A stretch of DNA of 64,000 nucleotides from Octopus sinensis (lineage: Eukaryota): contig NC_043010.1 in the NCBI RefSeq assembly GCF_006345805.1, forward strand, positions 46,686,001 to 46,750,000. Direction: 5' to 3'. A program made the translations under genes and the position numbers. How positions within the stretch are numbered: the first letter of the stretch is position 1; every line of letters starts with the position of its first letter. Of this stretch, positions 53,367-64,000 are shown one piece after another. The notes below the pieces were generated by a model. That model was given only the letters and a program-made list of their open reading frames with translations, was not told where the DNA came from and did no database searches.

Positions 53367-53935
53367 GTGAGTCCAAAGTCTTAAAAAGACTTGGACATGC
53401 TGGTGCAGTTGTTGACTTACTGGACAAGAGAGTTTTATGCTGCCAATATTGGAGCAAGAAGACAAAGGTTTGAGTCTTCATGAGGTCTCTGGTCCTTTTT
53501 GTCTTGTTCTATAGTTACAAGACATGGACTCTGTCCAGGGCCCTAGGGGTTGCCTGAATTCCTTTGGTGCAAGGATGCTTCACAGAATTATAGGTGATCA
53601 AATTTCATCGCCAATCAATGACTATACTCAGAAACTGGGATGCATCTCATTACTTCTAAGATTTGAGGAGTGTCAGCTCAAACTGTTTAATTTCTAAGAT
53701 GAATCCTGAAAATAATGTCCTCTTTTCTGAGGATCTGGCTGAGGGTGATGGCTCATGTTGGGCAACCACATGCCACATGATCACAGTGGATGAAGAAATG
53801 TTTTGCAGAGGTGGAGACCAACTGGGACACTGCACAGAGGGTTGCCTGAGATGACCCAAGCAGATAACAATATATGGTAGATATAGTGACATGCTGCAAT
53901 GGTACATGCCCCTGTTCCTGACCTGACCTGACTGT
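53367..53935 (+). mobile_element. Degraded RTE-like LINE 3' end with (CCTGA)n tail
   Basis: Remnants WTLSRAL..CLNSFGARMLHRII; ends cctgacctgacctga. Confidence 0.65.
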
Positions 53936-54298
53936 GTACAACAGTCCACTGCTGGACATATCCATCTTCATACGGGAAGATTTTCAGAGGTACCACAGAC
54001 TGGTTTACATAAAAACAATAACAGTGACAAGGTGTAGAGTCTATTTTAAATATTAATTTCTGCTAGGTGGATGGATTGAAGATTATATGATGTAACTCCC
54101 AAGTGTAATAGTAATGTAACTGAAGTCAAGATTCAATTATAGCATCAGCTTAGTGGGGTTTAACTTTACTCTTCAAAGCGTTATTACAAATAAATTAAAT
54201 ATTTCTGTTTTCAAGATAGATTTCATTTTTGTATTTGGCTTGTAAAATTCTTGATGTGAACTCCTGTGTTAAAACACATTTTGCTGTAGCTTGGGATG

Positions 54299-54344
<46 letters not shown>

Positions 54345-54346
<2 letters not shown>

Positions 54347-54901
54347 TGCCCTGATGCAATACCAGGCAGTGACTCTCATGGCTTCTGATCTTAACTGATT
54401 GGAAGTGTTATCATGTACATGTTTTGTCTTGGTATAAAAGATGGGCTACGGTAAATATTCTGCTCAATACTGCAGATTTGCTTGTCAGTTGTTTGACCAT
54501 AACCAGTTGAGCATGTCCCTTAGTGGCTGACAATATGTGCATCTCTAATCATGAGTGGGAGTAGTGAGGGAGTATCATAGCCATGTGTTGAAAGGAATTC
54601 TTTGGAGTTTTAATAATTCACCTCTGGAAACATGTGTATTTCATTCATCATCCCTAAACAACTCTTATTCAGAGACCTTTTGAGCAAGACAGATTACTTG
54701 ACCTGAAGAAAATTCTAACTGGGTCCCACCTGCAAGGTCATGAGCTGTTTATCTTGATATGAGATTACAATGTTCCACACATATGGTTGTGATGCATGTA
54801 CCTCATGTACTCTTATCAGACAGGTAGTCATGGAAGGTATATTGGGATTCATATATTTGTACTCCAGTAATACCTTGATGGCATGCGCTGCTCTCTCACT
54901 C
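54345..54901 (+). mobile_element. ~560-bp unclassified element flanked by (TAA)n on both sides
   Basis: Partial copies at 30440-30748 (-) and 49092-49300 (+); no recognisable ORF. Confidence 0.8.
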
Positions 54902-54939
54902 AATAATAATAATAATAATAATAATAATATTAATAATAA

Positions 54940-55173
54940 TACTGATTTCAAATTTTTGTCACAAGGGCAGTCATTTTGGAGGAAGAGGATGAGTCAATTA
55001 CATCAACCTGAGTTTTCAACTGGTACTTATTTTATTGACCCCGAAAGGATGAAAGGCAAAGTTGACCTCAGTAGAATTTGAACTCAGATCAGAGTAACAG
55101 GCAAAATACTGCTAAGCATTTTGTCCAGCATGCTAACAATTCTGCCAGCTCATCACCTTAATAATAACAACAC

Positions 55174-55207
<34 letters not shown>

Positions 55208-55460
55208 GATGATGATGATAACAATAATAATAATAATGGTTTCAAATTTCTCCACAAGGGCAGTCATTTTGGGGGATCAGTTGATTACATCTACCCCAGT
55301 ATTTCACTGGTACTTAATTTATCGACCCTGAACAGATGAAGGGTAAAGTCAACCTCAGCAGAATTTGAACTCAGAACGTAGCGGCAGACAAAACACTGCT
55401 AAGCATTTCTTCCAGCATGCTAGCAATTCTCCCAGTGTGCTAGCAATTCTGTCAGCTCAC
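54940..55460 (-). mobile_element. Two tandem SINE family A copies separated by (TAA)n
   Basis: Repeated caagggcagtcattttgg...gatgaaaggcaaagttgacc...gctaagcattt. Confidence 0.82.
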
Positions 55461-55484
55461 CACATGAATAATAATAATAATAAC

Positions 55485-55524
<40 letters not shown>

Positions 55525-55540
55525 TAATAATAATAGACAT

Positions 55541-55761
55541 ATGCACTGGTTCAATTTCACTTCTTTAATATTATTCATCAATTTGTTAGTTATTTAACCA
55601 AGTAAATGATCAGTTGTTTTATAAATCAAAAGAACTTTGGCAAACATAACTGACTGATTGATTAACTGAATGCTTAATCAAACAATCAACTAGCTAATTG
55701 GCTAAATAGCTAATGAATTAATGTAACAATAATAAAGAGGTGAAAGTGAACCAGTGCATGT
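55541..55761. mobile_element. MITE with ~35-bp TIRs
   Basis: atgcactggttcaatttcactttctttaat versus ataaagaggtgaaagtgaaccagtgcat. Confidence 0.7.
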
Positions 55762-56325
55762 ATTTATTATTAGCAAATGACCCTCCCAAGATATAAGACA
55801 AAAGAGTTTCATATATTTGCATTCTGTTTTCTGAAGAGATATATTTGCATTGACTTTGGTAAGATGAAAAACAAAGTCATTTGCAACAGGGTTTCAACAC
55901 AGAATAGGTTGCAGTGAACTGGATAATATGGTACAAAAGAACAGAATAATGCACTAATTACACTAAATACCTTGCAATTTTGTTGTTGAGTTTGTGTTGC
56001 TATTTTACATTCATTTTTGCCACACTGACATAAGTATGCTGATTTCAACTTAGTATTTTTGGAATAAGAATTCTTTCTTACAGATCAATGCCTTACCTAT
56101 CATTTAATCATTCAACTGTAACAGTTACCTATTTTCAGTGGAGATTGAGGTGAGATGTATAATATAATAGGCTGTAGAAAGGTATGAGTTAATGAAGGTC
56201 CAACTGAATTCAAACAATGCCTTGACTAACTATTATCTTTTGTGTTTGCTTCAGTTATTGGACTGTGGCCATGCTAGGGCACTGCCTTGAAGGGTTTTAG
56301 CCAAACAGATTGATCCTCTTTTACT

Positions 56326-56490
56326 TGTTTCAGTCATTTTGGCTGCGGCCATGCTGGAGCACCACCTTTAGTCAAACAAACCAACCCCAGGACTTATTCT
56401 TTGTAAGCCAGGTTACGGGGACGTAAACACACCACCATCAACTGTCAAGCGATGTTGGGGAGACAAACAGACACACAAACATACACACAC

Positions 56491-56559
<69 letters not shown>

Positions 56560-56742
56560 TATATACATATACATATACATATATATGACAGGCTTCTTTC
56601 AGTTTCTGTCTACCAAATCCACTCACAAGGCATTGGTCGACACAAGGCTATAGTAGTAGACACTTACCCAAGGTGCCACACAGTGGGAATGAACCCAGAA
56701 CCATGTGGTTGGTAAGCAAGCTACTTACCACACAGCCACTCC
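56326..56742 (-). mobile_element. SINE family B
   Basis: Matches the 13818 copy, including the internal TA tract. Confidence 0.88.
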
Positions 56743-57362
56743 TGATCCTGGTAATTATTTTTTTTAAATTGGGTACAAGTTACAAGGATGTAAAGAAACC
56801 AATACTGAGTGCCAAATGGAAGACAAACACAGACACAAAAACACACACACACACAGACAGTATTTTCTGCAATGTCTTAATGATTCTGCTAGCTCTCTAC
56901 CCTAATGAGAATAACAAAATCGATCACAAGACATTGGCTGTAGCAAGGTTGTAGTAGAAAACAATTGCAGAAGATACCATACAATGGTACTGAATCCAGA
57001 ACCATATAGTTGCAATATATATATATATATTTCGCTTTTGGATTTGGTTTGCAAGATTCTTTATATGAGTTTGTGTGTGGAAATTTTACTGGTGAGTGTG
57101 TTACATTATAAGGCACAAAAAGAAAATGACTCTCCCCAGGCACAACAGTATATATATATATATAAATACACACACACACACGTAGGTTATATATGTAAAG
57201 ATAGATAGTTAGATAAACACACATATAGAAATATATACTCTGTGTGTGTGTATGTGTGTGTGTGTGCACGCATGCACCTTGACTCAGAGATTGTAACATG
57301 TGTTGAAGCTATTTTTTCATTTGTACACTTATCTCTGTACACACACTCTAACACACACACAC

Positions 57363-57525
57363 ACTGGTTATAACTTATGATAGGGAGAAATAACTAGTTT
57401 ATATATATATATATATACACGTATGTATGTATACTTATACATACATACTGGTTATAACTTATGATAGGGAGAAATAACTAGTTCATATATAAATATATAT
57501 ACACGTATGTATGTATACTTATACA
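57363..57525. repeat. Tandem duplication of an ~85-bp unit
   Basis: ctggttataacttatgatagggagaaataactagtt...cacgtatgtatgtatacttatac occurs twice. Confidence 0.9.
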
Positions 57526-58384
57526 GAAGGTGTAATCTCAAACGATTACATTTGCCAAAATCAGGTGCAACAGTTTTAAAATTGGAATAGAAATGAAGAT
57601 TTCAAAACCAGACTTAAAAAATCAAAAAACACTATATCTGTTGTAGCAAAACCGTAATCATCTTCTGCTGATATCACATCAAAAATGAAGGGTTTGTTGA
57701 GACATGCATTAGTTTAGCTTACACTATCTTTTCATGGACTTTTATTATTATTATTTCACAGACTCACACCTTAAGCTAAACAAAGTGGATCTTCATTACG
57801 TTCAGTATGGAACTGAACCAAACGGCCTGTTCATTGAATTATTATGTATCATCATCGTTTTAATGTCTACTTTTCCATGCTTGCATAGGTCAGAGGGAAT
57901 TTACTGAGGCAAATTTTCTGTGGCCAGCTATGTTCTTGCAGAATATTGGAGATGACACTGCTTGCATGACAATGACATTCATTTACAACTATTATGCAAT
58001 GTCAAGACAAAGAGATGCAAACACACATGCACTCATGCACTCACACACACATGCATACACACACTCACACACATTAAGCCTGAAGGGGTCCTTATGATTC
58101 AAAAGCAGCGAAAGGGATACATCCCTTGTTCCTTCTCTTTTGGTCCACAAAATACTAGTTTAAGGGAGATAATCTATCCTCACTGACCCTGGACTATTTA
58201 TTCTTTGATAGCCAACTGACCAAATGACTGTAACAAATTCCTGCCTCCCAGAGGTGAAGAGTTACATTTGTCTTTGGCTTTAGAGTCTGACGAGATGTCC
58301 ACGAGGCTAAAGTCTTTGTGAATGCAAAACCATTGGCCATCCTATGACCAGACATAGACTCATTTATTTTTAATACATCAGAAA

Positions 58385-59115
58385 CTGGATGTATTTGGCA
58401 CTATTCAAGTTACTGTCAATTTTAACCAACTTTCTTGATCCATTTCATTTTATGTATCTTTACCCTCAGACTTCACTGTCTGCGATGTGTATCGTGGGTT
58501 GTTTCACTTTCCTGGAGGCCTTTTGACAAATTCTCGCTAATTAGAAATTGAAACGACCCACATTACACGACAAAAACAGTGATGTTTCAAGAAAGTTGGT
58601 TAAAATTAACAGTAACTTAAATAGGGCCAAATACATCTAGTTGCTGAAGAACAATTTGATACCAGACTTGGATGAAGGTGAGATTTTTTAGCATGATGGA
58701 GCTTTATGCCACAGATCACATGCAATACAACAGAATCTGGCTGATGAAGGTGTTACCATATTGAAAGATTTGCCAGTTCAGAACCTCAATTTAAATATCA
58801 TCAAGCAAATGTGGTCAGAACTAAAGAGAACAGTTTGTAAGAAGAATCCATGCAATCTTGAAGTGGTGTGAAAGCTCAGCCACAGAGAATGGCATCTCAT
58901 ACCTGTGAAGACAGTGAAGGATTTGTACACATCTCTTCCCAGGCACATTGAAGCAATTATTCAAGCTAAGGGAAGCGACACAAAATATTAACAATGTACA
59001 GTAACTTCTTAAAATGAATATTATGTAATAAATTTTCATTATAGACAGACATTTTTCTGTTTTAAAACACTGTATCTTGATCGGTTTATGTGATGTGGCC
59101 AAAAACTTTTGCATG
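58385..59115 (+). mobile_element. Tc1-like transposase relic (DD35E-like spacing) with an inverted duplication of its 5' part
   Basis: + strand: SRKLVKINSNLNRAKYI*LLKNN...*HDGALCH...NLNIIKQMW...AIIQAKGSDTKY*; 58385-58510 on the minus strand encodes PRYTSQTVK and GSRKLVKIDSNLNSAKYIQF. Confidence 0.82.
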
Positions 59116-60611
59116 GTCATTTTTGGTGGCCATTTCACATCTTCCCCTCTCATTCAGAACCTCTACTAGAAAATATAATGATTAGGTATGGAAATGACTT
59201 CAACAGGGCCAATGTTTCATCTGTAAAAAATACAATGCAAAACATCCACTTATACGTTGGCAATTAGTAGAAATTTACAATAGTTTAAAGTGGCTGAAGA
59301 CTTTAAAACTATGGTACTCTGTGTGTGTGTGTGTGTGTGTATATATACACACACACACACACACACATAGTTATGCAGACAGACATATTTGTCTAACTAT
59401 CTAACTATTTTTAAATACCTACATACATTGACAGCACTTCAAGACACAATTTCAGCATCTTTATAAACGTATTGCTTCTTTTATCTGATTTTATCAAAGT
59501 AAATTGACTTTGAATCAATTGAAAAAAAAATCTATTTTCAACAGATTCAAAGTCTGTTTATTCTGTAAAGGCAAGCTCTGAAAAAGTTTTAAAATCTCAC
59601 TTTATAATATCAGAAGGGGAAGTAAGTAACCTAGCTAAATTCAAAAAGGAAGACTGAACAACATACCCAGAATATCATACCTGTTATGCTCCACTAAATA
59701 CACTACCTGACAAAATATGCAACATGATCCAACAGTAGACTGAAGCACAAATTGTCTAGTTTGAAATCAATTGATCACATCCATGACTATGGTCCACTCA
59801 ACAACTACAATAACAACAGCAGCAGTATGGTGGCAATGATGACAGCAGCAACAACATAATCTTTAAACTATTTTGGGGGTTTTTTTCTCAGTCCTTTCCA
59901 AAAATCATCTATCATTAACTTCAAGATATTGGTGTAATTGTCATCATCATTTAATATCCATCTTCTTTGCTAACAAGGGTTGGATGGTTTGACAAAATCT
60001 AATCACTCAAGGTCCAGTGACTGCTCTGGCATGGTTTCTACGGCTGATTTTTACCTATTACCCGTCACTTTACAGGATATACCGGATGCTTTTTTTTTTA
60101 AATAATGGCATGAAAAAAGCACCCAGGTTTTTTTTCCTTTGTACTGATTGCCATGCAGCTCAAAAGACTATGAAACTCAAGGTGAGGGAAGAGTAGAGCA
60201 GGTTCCTGTAGAGGAACTACATGGCTACTCACATTTAGAGGAGAGAATGAGAAAGAACCAGTAGCAGTAGTGAAGAGATAAAAGAGTTAATAATATATTA
60301 TATATTTTTTTAACCATTGTATACCAATAGTAAAGAAAGTGTTAAATGTTTTACAGAAATCTTACAGAAAGAAAACCACATGTTCTTGTATCATCAGACA
60401 TCATACCTCACACTATGAAGTAAACCTTCTAATTTTACTTACAGCATTAGATTAGCATATGTTGTGTTATAAGTAAACTTGCTATATTTGATAGTTTATA
60501 AGGTGCATGAGTTTATATGATGCATCTCAATTGCAGCAGGCCTTTTCTTCTCTCGCTAGTTGCCAATAACCTAAACTTTAACTTTGTATTTATAAGATAC
60601 ATGCTTATGTG

Positions 60612-60897
60612 AAGGTATGTGGCTCAGTGCTTAGGATATTGGGGTCACAATCATAGGTTCAATACCAGCGGTACATTGTGTCCTTGGGCAAGACACTTTA
60701 TTTCATGTTGCTCCAGTCCACTCACCTGGCAAAAATAAGTAGCACCTGTATTTCAAAGGACCAGTGTTACACTGAATCTACCCAAGAACTACTTGGTACA
60801 TGCATATGAGGAATGCTCAACCACTTGCACATTATTTTCATGAGCAGGCTGTTTCGATGATCAGATCAACTGGAACCCTCATCATCATAACTGACAG
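60612..60897 (+). mobile_element. SINE family C, tail Y
   Basis: gtgtccttgggcaagacactt middle; tail as in the 48271 copy. Confidence 0.82.
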
Positions 60898-63264
60898 AAT
60901 GCCAGCTTTTAAGATACATACTGATTTTCTGGAATATCTTTTAGTTTTCTTTCGGAAAAGGGAGTGCCTCATTAGCCACTAAACACAGTAACTAACACCG
61001 CTTCGTTTATTTGGTCAGTTTACAAATGCCATTTCTTCTTCTTTGTTGCACTGAAGAATTAATGTTTGTGGAAAGCAAGAACTTAATTGATCATTAAGCA
61101 TTCCATATAAATCAATTTTACCTGTGTAAGAAACTATTTAGATTTTTTTACAGTAAATTAGCTTCAGCTTTCGCAACTTTATTTTATTGAGTGAGAAACT
61201 TTGGCTGTAAATATTACTTGTAATATGAAAACATTGCTACATTTGTTTCATGTAAATATTGCCAAGCTAACAGATTACCTTTTGAACTTGCTTTTTTTTA
61301 TGTCTGATTCTTAACAACAGACTAATGTAATGTATCTACTTCCATTTTCACTCTTTGATTTTCCTCACTTATATAGCTTGAAATTTTTTTTTTTTTTTTT
61401 TCTGTTCAGCAGAACTACAAAACTTCAACTGTGAAGCAAAGCTGTACCAAATGTCATGTGCCAGATGTTGGCAAAATTCCCAAAAGTGAATAGGATTTTG
61501 CAAAGATGTGCAGTTTCAGTCTCGTAAAAATTCTAATTAACTTCACTAAAGTAATACATCCTTTTGTTTACCCTTTTTTCAGTTAAGTGGTTGACAAATC
61601 AAGACAAGCAACTAAGTATCAGCCCAACAGCATCAGAAAAATAGCATGTTTGTATTTAGGAAGAACTAGTTAGAAACACAGTATTGGGTAGTCAGTACAA
61701 ACACAGACTACCCAAACTAACAGGGAGACACAATTTCAGATGCACTAGATACTCTGAAGTATCTAACAGCATGAGTAGTTATGGACTAATGACCATACAC
61801 TGATCAGGCAGTTAAGTACTAAGTTGCAATATTTAGATATTATTAGATAGATAGCAGAAGAGTTGCTTTGTGTCCATGTGAGGAAATGTTAGTAACAATG
61901 TATTTCTTACTCTGTGTAATAGGAAAATTATATGAGGCGTACAATCTGTGGGTACAATAGCTCATCAGGTAAGACATGCAATATGTTCTGAAAGGGAAAC
62001 CTAATTAGTGAATGTTAAACAAGTGAAACAATTAAAAAAAATATGGTTTGCTGAATGTTCAGTGTTTACAGACTTAGAGAATTTAAGAAAGTGCAAGAGA
62101 TTTAAGAAAGTGATTAAGTTTTCATGAGAGAAGATAAGTCTGGTTTGGATGTGTAATGTGAATAGATGATATATGTTTGATATAAAGATTAACAAACATT
62201 GGTGATTCAAATTATTTATAGTAGAGGTACTTTAATATTAAAACAAGGAAGAAGTAGTCGTATTAAACATAAGAAAATTAGTCAAGGCAGTTTCACCAAA
62301 CTTTTTTCTACTTGCTGTGTATAGGAAAAAGCTGTAATGCCCATAGCTTTCATAGACCCTTCTAGACCAGTGAGATAGATGCGATTAATATACTTCTTGA
62401 ACCTTTGCAAGTCAATATCTGCAGGAAAAACATGAGCAGAAAGGGAAGGCTAGGGGACCAACATTCTGGGAAGGGATGACTGGATGTAGGGATTAGCAAG
62501 CAATAAGAATCTAATTAGAAATAATTAGGTGATGAGGAAAAGGCATTATCTCAACGATTAATATTATTTTAATTATGTTAACATGTATAGGAGACAACTC
62601 AGAGTATGATTCAATTTATTAGATCTCAGCAAAGCATAGACTTCACTGCACATGCCAAAATAACAATAAGAGAAACTAGATGCCTCACTATACAATATTT
62701 TATATGAGGTGTGAAAAATTAGAATATCTTAGAAAATAAATTTGAGGAATTATTCAAAGTTGTCTCTTGTACTTGCCAAAGTAATTAAAATAACATTAGT
62801 CATTGACTAATATTTGCTCTTTTCACATAATTATCTCTAGTTACCTTTCTAATGCTCACTACATTAAATATGTCAGTAATAACTTAAAAGTTATTTTTCA
62901 TGTGGATTGTGTCTTCAAGCAATTTTTTCCCCCAGTAATATATCATATTTTCCAAAATAAGAAAATTAGGCACCATAGATGAATCAAAACGTGAAGAAAG
63001 AAGCTGTTCTTTAGTGAGTTCAATCAATGAGAGAAAAATAATCATTAAAACATTGATGCTGCTGATGATGATAAGAAGAGTGGTGGTGGTGGGGCAGGGT
63101 GATGATGATGGTGGTAGCAACAGTAATGATGATGGAAATGATGGTAGTGATAGCGGTGGTCATGTAGTGATGATGATGGGGAGGAGGACGACAATAAGAT
63201 TCTTACTAAAATAATCCATAGTTTTGTTTGTAGTTGTTTTGTTTTTTAATTAAAGTTGTGTTAA

Positions 63265-63484
63265 CCCTTTCATTACTGTATTTATTTTGAGATGCTCTGT
63301 GTTTCTTTCAATTATTTTAGATATAACAAAGAATTTATCAAAATAACTTAGTTATCATTCAGCTAGTGTTAGGAACATAAATTGTGACTAAGGTTTGGAG
63401 GAAGATTTTAATTCAAAACTTATGAAAACAAGACATTTGTACTCAGATCCAGAGCCAGTTTCAGCTGGGTTGGTAATGAAAAGG
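63265..63484 (-). mobile_element. piggyBac-type MITE PA
   Basis: TTAA|CCCTTTCATTAC ... GTAATGAAAAGG|TTAA; reverse complement of the 19879 copy. Confidence 0.88.
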
Positions 63485-64000
63485 TTAATGTGTGCATGTG
63501 CACTCATATGCAAGAACATGACATAGTAAAGAACAAGCTACCCAATTATGTAAATAAAATATCATTGCACTGTTGAGCAACAGCAGCAGCAGCCAGCTTT
63601 GCTGCTGCCACCACTACCACCATCAACATCATCAACATTATTTTGTGCCCACTTTTCCATGGGTTAGATGGGTTTTCTGAGGCAGTGTTCTACAGCTGGA
63701 CACCCTTCTAGTCTCCAACTATTTTGCTCATATCTCACAATATAAGAACACAGTATGTCTATTCTAAAACCAAGGCATACACTGCACTATCAATGCATTC
63801 TTGATTACTGCATTATATGTTAACTGGTTGAGGATTTTTGAGATACTAGATTAGAAATTAAACACATTACACAACAACATCCCAACAACTGAGTCATATA
63901 TATCAAGCTTCCCAGAAACTATGAGATTTGAACTCAAAATCATATACTACTCATTGATATATACCAATCATATACCACTCAATTATCTCTGGGTTTTAGC

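Noticed and set aside
61410-61968. Possible + strand exons (61410 onward; 61923-61968) and similar splice-like sites at 16376, 23335, 25232, 26104, 46130, 48715 and 59220
   Set aside because: Single splice-like signals are common in AT-rich DNA; frames close quickly or give no recognisable peptide.

Overview
AT-rich, microsatellite-dense eukaryotic DNA, intronic or intergenic. The repeat families resemble those of octopus or other coleoid cephalopods (inference from recognising the families, not from a search). I found no protein-coding gene I can name; only a few weak candidate exons defined by splice signals. The window is mostly decayed transposable elements: several tRNA-derived SINE families, RTE, CR1 and R4/Dong LINE fragments, Tc1/mariner relics (DD34D, DD35E-like and DD36E spacings), piggyBac-type and hAT-type MITEs, a non-autonomous Helitron and a candidate solo LTR. 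Most ORFs in the supplied track are microsatellite or antisense-TE artefacts. The most notable observations are: (1) a minimal type I hammerhead-ribozyme fold in a head-to-head inverted pair within a short (TA)n-flanked repeat (10546-10628, duplicated at 11462-11544); (2) a near full-length U6 snRNA retrocopy fused to the 3' tail of the main SINE family (42770-42934); (3) a DD36E-spaced Tc1 transposase relic; (4) two TTAA MITE families nested in each other in both directions; and (5) two adjacent duplications (A-A-B-B) with the same ~915-bp offset.
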